A DNA stretch of 64,000 nucleotides, from contig OZ176052.1 of the NCBI GenBank assembly GCA_964247055.1, forward strand, positions 4,588,001 through 4,652,000, written 5' to 3'. Source of the DNA: Paragordius varius (Eukaryota > Animalia > Nematomorpha). Below the pieces are notes generated by a model. That model saw only the letters and a program-made list of their open reading frames with translations, ran no database searches and was not told the origin of the DNA. Positions within the stretch are counted from its first letter, which is position 1. Each line of letters starts with the position of its first letter. Positions 43,301 to 58,282 of the stretch are shown piece after piece. The position numbers were made by a program, and so were the translations under genes.

Positions 43301-46300
43301 AATATATGTTACTATGAAGTAAATACTAGATTTTTCATTTACAAATAACATAAATTAGGAGAAAATATATGGATATAATTTTTGTATTTATCAACGGACA
43401 AGTAATGTATAATCACACTTTTTAGCCATTTAAAATACTGAAATGGTCCATAATAACTCTCGTTACTGTAAACATTTGTATTAAGTATACAAAAGATTTA
43501 GCTAATTATTATTTGGACATATATAGAGTGGACACACATAGATCATCATTAATTAATTAATTAATTCCTTTTTTAGATAAAGTTGGATTCTATCACAAAC
43601 AAAAACCTTAGACAGGAGGAAAATTTACAAGATATGTGCTTATTGTCAATTATATAGCAAGATTGTATTCAAAAACTTAGGTAAGAATAATTTAAAAAAT
43701 AGGACCAACATTTTCATGCAGATTTTATTCAATTTGAGTAAAAACTTTATATTAAGGTTCTTTGCTATTTAATATTTTTACTTTATATATTAATAATTTT
43801 GCGTTTAACAAATATCATTTGTAGCAATCAAAATTTTAAATAATTTCATTCAATTATAGCTGAATTATAACAATACTAAAATAATTAGAAATTTGATTTG
43901 TTTAAATGTAGATTTCAATTAAAACCGATTAATATGTTGTAGTTATCCACATTTAGCAAAAATACCAACTGTCAAAAGATTATCATTAGGTGCGAAGAAA
44001 GCGATGATTTCCTATCAACTTTACCAAGCACAAAGACAAAAGAAAAAATATATGAACTTTTATTAAATAACTTCATATCAATACCAAAGGAAAAAAAATT
44101 ATCATTTAATTAATAATCTTTGTTCATTTTATGTGCTTGTTGAAAAAATTATTGGAATGCTGCAAAAATCAAGCACACAATGATATAACAACAAAAAAAT
44201 TCACTTTTTAAAGTAATATTATTACCTAATATACTATATCATATAAGGTTAATAAGCCGTTTATCAGGCTGGAGTCAATTAAAATAAGAAATCAAAAAAG
44301 CAATATAAATTTATATAGTATTGTATAAAAAAGTACAATACGATTCGTTCCTTAAATATTTATGAGGTTGTAGTTACTCTTCATAGTTATCATTGCAAGT
44401 GATAAAATTTTTGTCGGTTTTATTTAATTTAAAAAAATGATTGAAATAGGACTTTTTTTTAAAGTTTAAAATGCCGATATATTAAATTTACTTTTAACAA
44501 ATATGGCACAATGCGAAAACTCGAGAAAAACTTTATCTTTCATAAGTTTAAAATAAAATCAAAGTGCAATCAAAATTGGTTGTTTTACTAAAAAAAACAT
44601 ATAATATATGTTTAGAGGTTAAGTAAATAAACATTCGAAGAAGATGACACATATATATAAATGACCAAAAATGCTTTATTAAACTAAATTGATTTGTATA
44701 TACTATCTGTATGCTGTGTTTTAGACACTTTAACAATTTTTAATTATTAACCAGGTTAACAAAAAAATACTCTGTTTTTATCAATTGATTTTGTTATGGT
44801 ATATTTAAATTTTTTGCTTTATGGACTGGAATAGAAAATAGTTTAAATTTTTTCTTTTGAATACAATCATAAAAAATTTGTCCATGCAACACTAATAACT
44901 TTAAAATCCCAAATAACGAAAATTATGACTGTTTACAATAATTAAAAACCTATTCTATATGTGGTCTTATTTTGTTTATTTTTTTTGACTTAATAAAACA
45001 AATTGGATAAAATATTAATGTATAGTATATAAGAAAATGTTAGTCAGTCATTTTTATTCAAATATATACCAAAAAAACTATAGACTAGATCAAAAAGATT
45101 TTTTAACAAGAAAAATACATATTTTGGATAAATAACGGTAAATATTAATTTTCCAGATTACCGAACATTGAATGACAAACATACATTTGCAGTAACTTTA
45201 CCATTAATGAAAATTTTGACGTGTTTTCATAGAAAAACTCTGCGAAACAAAAAAAAGTGAAAAAAAATCATTTTTGCTGACTTACCATGGGTCATGCATA
45301 AACAAAGACAGAAAAAAATCAAATTAGTGGAAAAAGTACTATATTTCTCCCAAGACAACTAAAAGATTTGCGCGCAAGTATAAACTTAATCAACTGTCTC
45401 TCTCCTTATGACATATTTTGATGTCCACAAAAGAGCCAACACTAGACTCTCTGTGCAAAAATATGCACAAGACTAAATAGATATTTATATGTAAATCCAA
45501 TCTATTTATCCATCCAGTCAATCCGTTTATTTAAAATTTTATGTTTTTGCATTTTATGATGATATTGATTCTTTGATATTATAAAAGCGGTCGCAGCTTG
45601 TCTGCCAAATACGTTCACAAATGTTGCCAAAAATTGACCAGATGGAAAAGATTAATATGATAAAACCATTTATTTTTGCAATGATTTGTAAATAATCGGT
45701 GTGTAATATTTTATCATACTTTAATTTCGTTTTAAGATCTAACCAAGTGTCGTAAAACTTTATTATTTATTATTTGTTGCTGCAAAGCAAAGAAAAACCC
45801 CATTTTGAGAAACTGCACTTATAAATTAAAAAATAATGTTCAATAATTCCTAAATTCTGTAGCACTAAAATTATTTTGAAAATCTTTTTGGTATGGCTAG
45901 CCACTAGATTACCGACCAAAATATCATAAAACAAAAATCCAATGGATTATATATATATAAAATATTTTTTGAAAAGTAGTTTATGGCTATGTTTAAATTG
46001 TGCTTTAGAGATTTTTTTTGAATAACAATAGGCAACGAATGAATCCTCAAAATCAATTTTTATAGTTTTAAAACACATATTATGATTAAAATAAATTAAT
46101 TTGACAAACATAAATATAGAAATTATTATTAAAGGTTAACCGGTCTAACCATTTATAAAAATAGCTAATAGTCATAACTAGCAAATATGGAATAAGCCAA
46201 AATGATACTGTAAAAGGTGCATTTGACCTATCGCAGTTATTAATGATATTTAAGCAAATCTGATTAAATTGTGAAATTCATGATTACTTACACATAAATT

Positions 46301-49300
46301 TTGATTTAATAATTAATTTTTAATGTTTTAAACCAGGGGTTTCCAACATAAATGGCTTCGCGGGCCGCATTTTTTATCAAAAAATCCGACGGGCCGATTT
46401 GCAAAATATATGGATAACAAAAATATTATTAGATTTTTAGAAATACTGTTTATTTTAATTTGTTTCTTGTTGAATATACTCTCATAACAATAATAATGAA
46501 TTGTTCGCACATCTGAACTAAGGTTAATTTGAAACAAGAGTATAAAAGTTTTTTGTAATTTACTGTTATTTATAAAATAGAATAGTTTTAAACCATGACG
46601 CATCGACCCTATTATGCAATTTGATTTAAGTTCTAAAATTTAAATGGAAAAATTTTTAGGCCCCTTTCTAATTTATTACATTCTGTAAGCTGTATAATAA
46701 GATAAATAATTTTCCAAAAACATATTGTATGCTATACCCGATTTACTTTTTATTTGAATTTAAATGAAACTCTGTGCTACAAAAAGGGATGAATTTGTCA
46801 TTTGCATAGGAACACTGGGTAAAAGTTCAAGGTCGAATAAAAATAGTGTTATAGAGTAATATTTATTTCAAAGGGTAAATTATGTTTCTATTTTTAAAAG
46901 GCTAAAATCTAAGAAAAATTCAGAAAAAATTGTACTCTGGCGTAAAATTTATGCGATCGGGCGGTAAAATATGATAGATTATTTGGCGCCGCTTATTTTA
47001 AATCTAGGAAAGAAAGCTTGCTAAGGAGATTTAAATATTTTTTCCATTTTCATCTTAGACTGCGGTATTTTATTATAATTTTTATAAAATTCTTTAAAAC
47101 GCGTTTGTTTGATAAACCTAATCATAATATTTTAAGTGATATTATAATGTTTTACGGCTTAATTCAATTTTTGTGCGCAAATTTCTCGATACGCGCAATT
47201 TTTTTAACTTGGATCTTGTTTGTGAGTCTTTTACGGTACTTCTGAAAAAATGTAAACTCGAATATATACCATTTACAGTTTAAATTCACCCTAAAATAAA
47301 TTATGTATTTTTCTAGATTAAATATTACCTTTATTAATATTTTTAAAATATAAAATTCTGTTTTAAATTAATATAAGGCTGAAAAGTAATAAATGTCGTA
47401 AAAATATATCTCATATTAATGACGAGTTATATTAGCCCAAAAATACATAAATTATTTTTAGGGTGAATTTAAATTGTTCGAGGGTGAATTTAATTTGTTC
47501 GAGGGTTAATTTGAATCGTTTAAGGGCGAATTTGAAATGTAAATGGTATATTTATTTTTGAGATTATACTAAGGCAGTTAAAACTTCATTACTTTTTTGG
47601 GATGATTACACTGGACAACAAACTTTTCTGCCACTCGAGTTTTTTGCATTTTCCGATATTTAGTATCATTTTAACAGTAAATCTGAAATAAAAATTATAA
47701 CTCGATGGAAGAATTTTGTATAAATTGATTTTGATTATGCGCCCGCTTTATCAAAATTCTACTAAAAAATGTTTTTCTTTGAAAATATACAAGTAATGCC
47801 CATTTGTAATATATCATTCGAAAGAGTAATAAAAACTCTATAAAATGCATACTAATATGTATTACATCGACAGTTAATATTGGACACAAAGAGCGACAAA
47901 CGCGCGAAGCGAGAGCAGTTTTTTTAATTATTATATTTTTAAAACTAATGGATGAAAATAGCACAAACTTTGTTTAGATGGTGATGAATGTCCAAAAAAG
48001 ATGACACAAGAAAGTTTTTTTGATTAAAACATTTTTTTATTGCTTTTATGTGACTCAAAACAGCCATTTTTAAGTTTTTTGTTTTTTAAAAATTACCATC
48101 TCATCAATATTAATTTATTTTCTTTACGAGGCTGATAATTTCGAAATTTTAAAAATAAAATCAAAGTTTAATATATTTTTGATTTATAGCCATTATGTAA
48201 TAAATTTACAGTTATAACTATGCATTTTAGTATCCACTAGGTAAAATATTTATGATAATAATAATTTTTATTAAAAAAGCAAACCAAAAGTTTTTTCAAA
48301 CATTTTTTTTAAATTAAATACTAATATAACCCTAATAATTATATTAAAATAATTTATATGATTTTCAAATTCGTTTGTCTGTGAAAATTCTTGACTTATT
48401 TAAGGATTGAAAATTTCGACCATTTAAATCCAAATAACTTTTACATCCGATTGATTTAAATGACTTACTAGCATTTAAAAGATGCAGTTTTTTGCGCTCT
48501 TTCGAATGATATAAAATACATGGCTTCATATCTAAAACTTTTAATTTTCGAAATTAGTTTAATGTTAAATCGGGGCCAAAAATTATCGATAAACTCTAAT
48601 ATAAAATTCTTCCATGCTAGACCAATTTTCTTTTCAGATATACTAATTATGTACTTTAATGAAATAAATTTTAATTTTACAAGAATGGCAGTTAAAAAAA
48701 GTTAAAATTTGTTGTCTAGTGTTATAGCCCCAGAGCCATACAAAATTAAAGTATCTTAAAAAATATACTTATTATTGGACGAAATTTAAAAATATGCTTA
48801 TCTCAAACTATTTCGCCACCATTATTTTCTTAAGATATTTTTTTGAATCGTTAATACGACAGACAAATTGATGTATATTATGGTCAAAAATTAAAGAATC
48901 GACTATAAATAAATAGCTTTCATAAGCTACCAACATTTTTCGATATCTATGGATTTTAAAAACAGCTGTTTGCTTCGATAGAGTTTTGAGCCTATCCAAA
49001 TTCTCGACTAAAATGTAAAAAATCATAAGTTTCTTAATCTAATACATAAAAAGAGAGTTGTTATAATTAATATAAGTCAAAACAACTTTGAAAACAGTAG
49101 TTTGTTTATGATTTTCAGCTCAGGGTTAGAAAACTACCGTTATTGTCAAAAAAAGAGCATGTAATAAAGTGTTAACGTTAAATTAATTTTGTCTCGTTTT
49201 TGTATGAATAATGGGATTTTTTTTGGCTAATAGCAGGATAACTAAAAATATCAATCAACTCTAGTCTTTTCTATTATTTTGAAATATCTGACTTTAGCAA

Positions 49301-50282
49301 TCGAATAATATGTGATTGCTAAAAACGTTTATTTTTTGTGCCATAAAATAAAACACTTACTACAAATGAAAAATTAAAATTTTTTTAAATAGAATTCGCT
49401 GTTTCCACAACGGTTTTTTGAAAAAGGCAGTGGTTCCGACCAAATCAATAGAAAATGAGGAAGTTTATATTCGCTTAGAACTTTTTTTTCAAATTTTGTA
49501 CCACTGAGAGCTGTATATAAAATTTATTTCGTAAAATGGAATATAAAATTATAATATATTTCTTTTTTGGTTATTTGCATATACATGCGTGCGTGGAAGA
49601 ATATAGTATCCGAGTAATATTTTATTTAATCATAATATCCAAAATGATTAATTTATTTATTTGCAAGCAAGAGAAAAAGCAGTCACCACATATTCCGCGA
49701 AGGCAAAAACTTTCGAGATTATTACATATGATAATTTATTCATTTTTGAATATATAAAAAATGTTTGAAAGAAACTTTAGTCCAAAAAAACCATTAATAT
49801 TTATAATAATAATAATATTGAATAATTACTTTCAACAGTCAAATATTGTATTTGTAATTTAAAGTAAGTTAAATACCAAAATTATTCTATAACTGCTTCT
49901 ATGTGGTTTTAATATAAATTATGTGTTCCCTTATTTAGATATTTTATCCAGTTAAAAATTTTAATTAAATACACATAAAGAAATTTAAAATAGGCTCTTT
50001 AAATGGGGTTACTTAAATGAAAAATATATAAATTTAACATTTATATATATATATATATATATATATGTGGTATGTCAAACACCCATCTTTAGTGTTATTT
50101 TAAGGACAAAATTTTTTTTGGATAAATTGATGTATATGGAAGGAATATTGTTTTTTTTCATTTTCCAGACTAATTAATTCAATAAAAATATGTATGTCAT
50201 CAAATAAATATATGTAGCTCAAAATATATTTTATATTATTGACAATGAAGGGAGAAGACACAACAGATAAAAAATATCCAAA

Positions 50283-50318
<36 letters not shown>

Positions 50319-53300
50319 TTATTACATAAGATTACAGTTAAAAATAAATGAGCAAAAAATTATTTAATACTCTGGTCGTTGGAAGGACACACAGACGACA
50401 TTGTCATATTTTGTCAAAATTTTAAAATATGCACACAAATATATAAAGGGAAAGACCAATAATAATAATTATATAAGGATAAAAATATCTATAAAAGAAA
50501 AATTTCTTTATCTCACAAAAGAAAATCAAAAGTGTTATATCAAACATACATACATATATGCCAAAAGTATTTTTTACAGTATAAATATGTTCATAATTTG
50601 ATTTAATTTCAAAACAAAATAAATGAAGAGACATCATTAAAAGTCCTTAAAATATATAAAAAATTTGAGTAACTGACTGGATTATTATCATATGACAGAA
50701 TATTTATATTTTTGTATATGAGCGTTAGTTATTGAGTTTTGTGGTTCTTTACAATTTTTTACTAATTTATATTACAAAAATATTTTTTTGTAGAAATTAT
50801 TTGGTGCTTAATTAAATACCATATAAATCAAAGATAAAAACTTGAATAAAATTATCTCTAGAGTCCCAATATAAATTGGGATAGTAGACAACCCCAGACC
50901 TGTTTGAAATTTATTTTAAAAATATAGCATGTATCAAATTATTTCGATAGTTTACACATATATAATATTAATCACTAAAATATAATCAAATATTAATTCA
51001 AATTGAAATTTCTATTTATAAATAAACCTTAAGGCAAGACAACATGACATGTATGCCAAATTTTAAAATGAGCGAATTATACCATTTCAGTCGATATTAA
51101 GGTTAATGTTACTTTGATATAAAGAATTATCTTTAGCGGTAGAACCTAAAAAAACGGTTATTCGCTAAAAAGTTGCTAACTAAATATAAATGGTGCCGAA
51201 ATAGTTTGATAAAAAAAATTTTTCTCCAAACTAATCTTTATTTTTAAGATAGGAGCTTAAATTTAAATTGTTCCACCCGCTTTGTGAATTTAAATAATTA
51301 TCAAATTAATTTTAGTCTGGGTATCCAATTACCCTAAATTGTATCAAATTAAACACGCCTACATTTTGTGTGAAAATTTTGCCGAAATCAATTTTAACAC
51401 AATATAAATATTACTATGGCATATAAAGGTTGAAAAAAGCAATAAAAAGTGAATTCACTGATTTGAAGCAAAGTGCGGTGGTACACAATTAATTGTAAAG
51501 TTCCGATTGGTGAATAGATAAAAAATTAAATTACATGTGTGAACAATTATGATTCCTACGTAATTGTAGTACCTAAAGACCTATATATGTATATAATTAA
51601 TAATAATTTGGCTGTTCATTATTTGCAAATTCTTTTGTATAAAAGTCGCCGCCGACACAAAGAAATATTTACGCCACATATTGCGTATAAGTTGAATTAA
51701 ATTAATTGCATCATTTTATTACAAATGAGTCTACCCAGTAAAATTAAAGATCAAAATGAAATAAATTAAAATATTGTGGCTGCATAAAGAATATATTAAA
51801 AAAACAAATTTTCAATGACGAAAATTTTGTTATTAAATTTAAAAATATATCATTTAATCGAAAGTATATTACACTTAACTTTTATTTAACGGAACAAACA
51901 ATTGTACAAATTTAAGATATTTTTTAACAAATTTATATTAATATTGATTTTCAATAATAAAAAATTATATAAAAATATCATAAATAAATTATGTATTAAC
52001 CTGGTGGGGATAACGTTACTATTTCGTTCGCTAATATCCACTCCAGGAGACGATTGATCCAATAAATATTGATGTTGATGTTCAGAATTTTGAATATAAT
52101 AATTGCTATTTGAATGATTCCTTGATAAATGTGATTGAATCAAATTAGTTTCATGTTCATTGCCATCATAAACATTTGGAAAATTCTCATTTTTACAAGG
52201 TGGTAAATTAATTAAATTTTCATTATTAAGATTATTATGATTATTATTATAGTTTGCCTCACTGTGTTCATGTAACAAATCATTGCTGGCTGTTGAATTT
52301 AAAGTTGTTGTTGTGTTCTGAGAAGAAGTTGTATGAGCATCAAAAATTGATTCCATATGCTCAACAGGTTCGTGCTGGCGTAACAATGGAGAGCTAATTT
52401 GCAAATTGGAATTGGAATTATTCCCTTGTTCTCCTACATCGATTTTCCTCCCTTCTTTTTCTTGCATTATCGGGAGGCAGGGAGAAATAATTGATTCATT
52501 ATTCTTGTTAGTGTTTAAAGTATCAGTCTTATTAACACAAAAATATTGGTTAATGTTGTTATTAATTATCGTATTGCTAAAATTTTCATTATTATTTAAA
52601 CGATTCAAAGAATTTTCAATCGATGTTATTGCATTTTTATTATTGATAGAGGAGAGAGGAGTATGTTGTTGCTGGTTAATTTCAGCCATACCTTGCTTTT
52701 GGTATGTGCTGACCTGGTCATTATTTAAAAATTTTTCTTTCACATACGTTTTGCAATGAAAACAGGAGCTATCTGCCGTATTTTTGCATGGCAAGTTATA
52801 GTTCTCTGAATTTTTGATAGAAAAATCGTCCAAGGTTCCAGGAAATCCCAAAGATTTAGGGTTCAATAATGATGAATGGGCATTGAAATCGGAATGGGGT
52901 AGTGATACATCTATACATTAAATAATAGCATAAAATAATTTACAACATTGAATGATTATATTTAACATTATGGGATTATCAAGGGGGATAGTAATTTTTT
53001 AAAAATATACCCGACAATAATTATAGTTATCTACCTATGTGACTTTACATTGGTTATCGTCCCAATTTTGACATAATATATGGTATGTAGAGAAATGAAT
53101 ATAAATATTATCTCATAATTCACACCATGATATATTCAATTTGTAATACTGTAGATTTTCTGATAATATATATCCCACAGTTAATGTAATAATTTATCTA
53201 AAAATTAACACCAAAATAAAACTGTTAATATTATTAAAACTGCAAATTATAAAAATAAGCAAACTCTTTGTAAGCACACAAGCGAGAAAAAAGTTGAAAG

Positions 53301-56300
53301 TTGTGTATACAATATTTTGTTGTAGGTATTTCTCTGCAAATATCGTGTTATCTACAGGGAATAGATAGTTAGTTGTCAGTTATGAACATATAAAAAACGC
53401 AAACAATGATAATAATTTTGGATACAATTCTTCGTTTTTATGTGGAAATAAAAGAATTAACAAAGTTAGGTAGGAAACATAAAAAATTTATATTTCAAGA
53501 TCAACGAAATCATAAAAGGAAATTATTATGGATTTTCAAGATTTCTGATCGCATATAAACCGCAAACATACACAGGCAGGTTATACATTAAAAAAGACAA
53601 ACTAAGTATAACATTAAAAAAAAGGTTATGTCAAAATTTAGAAAAATTACTCTCTCTCTCTCTACAGTGGAGTAAGTACATTAATGTATTTATATATAAA
53701 CGCCTCTGGTTGACATGTACATTTTCATGTAAAAAAACCTTAAATAATTTTTAACAATTAATAAAATGAGGAGGGGTCATAAATCTTTCTTTTATTACAA
53801 CATTTTTATCCCCTTTTGTTCACAAATGTCATAACAATTCAATGTTATATAAATCAGTGTGGTTTATTTAAATTTGACTCTGAAATGAATCTGAAAAAAA
53901 AACTGAATTTTTAATTAGGTAGGGAGAGCTTGGTAGATAGGATATATTTTTTTATAAAAAAATTATTATTTGCGGAAGAATAAATTAAGTATTTCGAACT
54001 AAAATTTATATATCTCTTCATAAAAGATTTAACCTTGATTTTCATGCGAAATATAGCATAGGGAGATTTGAACGTAAAGATAAAAAGTTTTAAACATTAA
54101 ATAACCAAAAAAAGTTTGTTTGATAAAATTTGATTTATTAATCATGGGTGAATTAACTTTTGTCATTTTATATTCTAGAGTTACATCAGTTACGTTTGAA
54201 ATTATTTTAAATAATTTGGTTTCACTATATTCAATTAGCTAAAACATATACATGATAAGAGTTAATATTTAATAAATATCTTCTCTATTCTAAAAAAATA
54301 AGTGTTTTTAAACCGATAAAAAATGTTGTTTATGACCATTGGGCTCGCAATCCCTATATTATATATGATCACTATTAACAAAAACAATAATGATCGGTAG
54401 GGACTATTGAGTGGAGTTTAAGTTCGAAATAGAAAGAAAACGCTCAATAGGTTCAACAAATTAATTTAAGTAGATATCCCAACTCTATAACTACATGCAA
54501 AAATTCCTCATATTTTATGGACAAAAACAATTTAATTTGTTTTAAAAAATTATTTAAAATTATTGTTGGAAATGTTTATATATTAATTATATAATAATAA
54601 TTTTTTAAATATCAGAGCAGCACTTATTAATAAATAGATTTTTTATTTCTAGCGGTCACATACATGAATAGAAGTAGCTTTTAATCTATCAAATGATTCC
54701 GGTAAACTATACCATTTAGGATTCCAATTCACCCTTAAACAATTCAAATTCACCTGAACAATCCAAATTCACCTGAACAATTTAAATTCACTGTAAAAAT
54801 AAATTATGTGTTTTCAGGCTAATATAACTCATTTTTAATATGAAATATATAATTAAGACATAGTTAATTATTATTTAGCATTATATTAAATTTAAACAGA
54901 ACTTCATATTTAAAAATATAAAATAATGGTAATTTTTCTAAAATAAAAATTTATTTTAGGGTAAATTTGAATTGTTAGAGAGTGAATTTGAATTGTTCAA
55001 GGCTGAATTCAACTCTAAATGGTATATATAAATAAAATCTGAAAATCAAAAAAGTAAAATATATTCACATTTTTCTTGCATTTGATCACACAAACATTTG
55101 CGAGGTCCAACACTCAATTCCTCTTCTTTGCCTAACATTGCGCGGTCAGGATTGGTAACTATTGAATCATCATGGTTGTATGGAGAAACTACATTCATTT
55201 TGATATAATATGATTTATCTTTTATAAATTGGATAATACAATTATTATTATTATTTGTAATAAAATCATTACTTGTGCAGCTTTTAGTGGATATATTTGG
55301 CTTCCAAACAAAAGTATCTTCATGGAAAGGAGATGGAGGTTTAGTATTGTAAGACTCTTCGTACTTTTGTGGATTTTTGTTTAATACATCGATAACCATG
55401 TTTGGCATACGCCTTTTTAGGGATGAAAAAGTAGTAGTAGAAGGATTCTCAGGGTTGATTGCAGAGCCAATAAGTTTAATGGAACATGGTTCACCCGCGT
55501 AAATTGTATTGAGAAGAGATGGAGTTTTGGTAATGAATTTTGATGGCCCACTAATAAATTTTTCACTATAATTATTCATCGAGGAGGAGGAGGGCTCAGT
55601 ACAAAAATCATCCGATGTATTTTGTGCAATGGATGATGAGAATATAGAGTTCCTCGAATTTGACAGTGAAACAGTATGGGGATTATTTTGATTCCGCTTT
55701 TGTGATAATGGATAGGGATTATTCAAAGTCTAAAAGATTATGAAAAAAAAGGATTTAATTATAACTCTTCATAAAAATTAAATTCCCCAAATTTTATTTA
55801 TATATTTTTTTAACGAAATAATTAGTTTACAAAGTGATTCGATATAAGTAGAAGCAAAGCCCCAAACACATACCTAATGCATTACGACGAAATATGGGAA
55901 TAAAATTTTGAACTGAAAATTATTGAAGACTTGTTTAATCCATACTTTGAATGTAAATCTCTTTGCGAAACAAATTGCTTGCAAATCTATTTTAATGTAC
56001 TTATAATTTGACACATTTTAATTGATATTTAATTAACAATGTTAGATGTGGTATGTTGTTGCATGTATAAAAATAATTTTATAAGAAAAAATAGGAAACT
56101 ATATTCGGTAAAATCGATTAATCTTACTAATACTTACTTATTTAATAATTGTATGAATAAGAATTTTTCCTTTATTTTATCTAGAAATATTTTTTCAACC
56201 TGATGTTATAATCGATATACGCGAAATTCCTTCGTGCTGGGAATGTGTTTATCTCACAATAAATTTATAGATCGATTAATAAATATTAAAAAAATTATTT

Positions 56301-58247
56301 ATTGGAATATACTACTTTTAATTAATTTATTAAACCCTTAATTCTGATTTGAAAAGCTTGAATAATAACTCAATTAATAAGTTTTTAATTAATCGAACCC
56401 TTGAAGGGTGTTTAGAATTTTTTATTTAAAAAAATAATCCCTATTTTTAAATCGGAAAATGAAATTGCGTTGCTACGTTTCATATGAATAGATTTAAGAT
56501 TATTACATATCCGACGACATCTTAGTAATGGATTAACGTTTTCAGTCTCAGATGCTAATTATTTAAGTAATGATTTAGCGACAATATATCAAATTTATTT
56601 TTATCAGAAAAAAATCCTTATCACATTACTTTAACACTTCATGACCTTTTGGGGTAATGTTACAGCCCAGAGATATTTGAAATATTATCTGAAAAAGTAC
56701 TTAAGGAATTAGAAAATATGCTCTCTTTAATTTTAAAGGCATATGGTTCATAATTTTTTTTTTGGAAAACAAAAAATCCTTTTTTCAAAACTTTTCGCTG
56801 CCGTTTTTTTTCTAAAACTTTTTTAAATATTATATTTAGCAAATGTGATTAATTAACTTAGTAATCAATCTCTGAGGTTAACATTTTACCAACAAAAAAC
56901 TCATTTATTGATTTTAAAATCAGCTGTTTATTTTAAGCGTGTTTTGGAGCTGTCGCAATTTCAGACTGTATAAGTTACGAAATCGTAAAAATATGAGGTT
57001 TTTTATCTAATACAGGAGAACAATGTTTAAAATTAAATCTCAACCAAAATAACTTTCAACAATAGTTTATTTAGATTGAGCTTTTGGGATATAAAACTAT
57101 CCCAATATGTCATCGGGGTGAAAAGGTCATGAAGTCTTAATAATGACTAAAAAAAGCGTATATATAATTTTATTACAAAATAAATATTTATTAATTAAAA
57201 CCGAATTTTGGTTGTGAAGAAACATATTTAAGATTTTTAAATAATAGAGTAGAATCGATCCATCATCGCTGAAATACAACCATTGTTTATTATATCATTA
57301 AATACAGACATTTGATATGTAATTAATGCTAAAATAATTCACAAAATTTTTTTTAAAAATAAATTCGACCAAATATTCTTATCTCTATCATGTTTTGTGT
57401 ATAACATATATCTGTAGGCATAAATGAATAAACAAACCTTCAAATATACCAGTTAAAATATATCTCGTAATAAAAGATGATTGGACATCTGAAAAAAATC
57501 AAATAGGACCTTTAGTATTAAAAGGAATCAAATATAACAATACTAGAGGCGTAGCTAAAGAAGGAAAGGATGAGCGCCATATTTAAATTTTTTTACATTT
57601 CAAAAAATAGGTATTTAAAAGTTATTATTTTATATACCCATTTATGAGTGGTCTCCACGGTTTGAATTTGATTATTTTAAAATGCAAGGAGACGCATGGA
57701 GAGGAAGGGGGCGCCAGAAATGGCTACGCCTCTGAGCAATATGGAATGAAAAATACCTTAATCTCATATTCATTTTAATACACTGTAATCTAGTCGATAG
57801 GGACCCAAGAAAAATTAAAACATAAAGTAAAGTAATAAGATTTCTAAAAGTAAAACCATAATTTTCAAATGTCCTTATGATCATTTTGGGTTGCGAAACA
57901 TAGAATAGAGGTTTAAATTGCTAGCACACTCTTTTATATTTAATATTTGTATTATTTATAGATTTTCGAGAAAAAAATCAAAATCAAATATACGGTTATC
58001 TTTTAAAATATGGTAATTTACTTATTATAATTTGTCCTTATTTCAATTTTTACTGTAATTGTGCAATATTAAATTTATTTTGAGACACTCTTTTAACAAA
58101 ATCACATGCTATCTAGCCTTAGTTTTTATCCAATAAATTAAATCATTTGGTAACGGTACAAATGGATTCACGGGCCTCATTTTAAACTAAAAAAAACGGC
58201 GTGCAGCATTTGAAAAAATATATAGACATAATATATATATAGACATA

Positions 58248-58282
<35 letters not shown>

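Noticed and set aside
47018-48705. ORFs at 47018, 47695 and 48520 as genes or transposases
   Set aside because: They lie in TE-derived, non-autonomous sequence and show no DDE motifs. The second copy of the Chapaev3-like element at 25327-26225 has no corresponding ORF in the track.
50370-50410. Additional RhoGEF first exon (MTMSSVCPSNDQ)
   Set aside because: Its donor is phase 1 while exon 39435 needs phase 2, and the phase-2 frame has no ATG after the upstream stop.
53650-53677. Plus-strand 4-nt microexon (ctctctctctacag|TGGA|gtaagt)
   Set aside because: The splice signals look perfect, but no plus-strand partner exons were found nearby and the pyrimidine tract is a (CT)n microsatellite. 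Probably chance.
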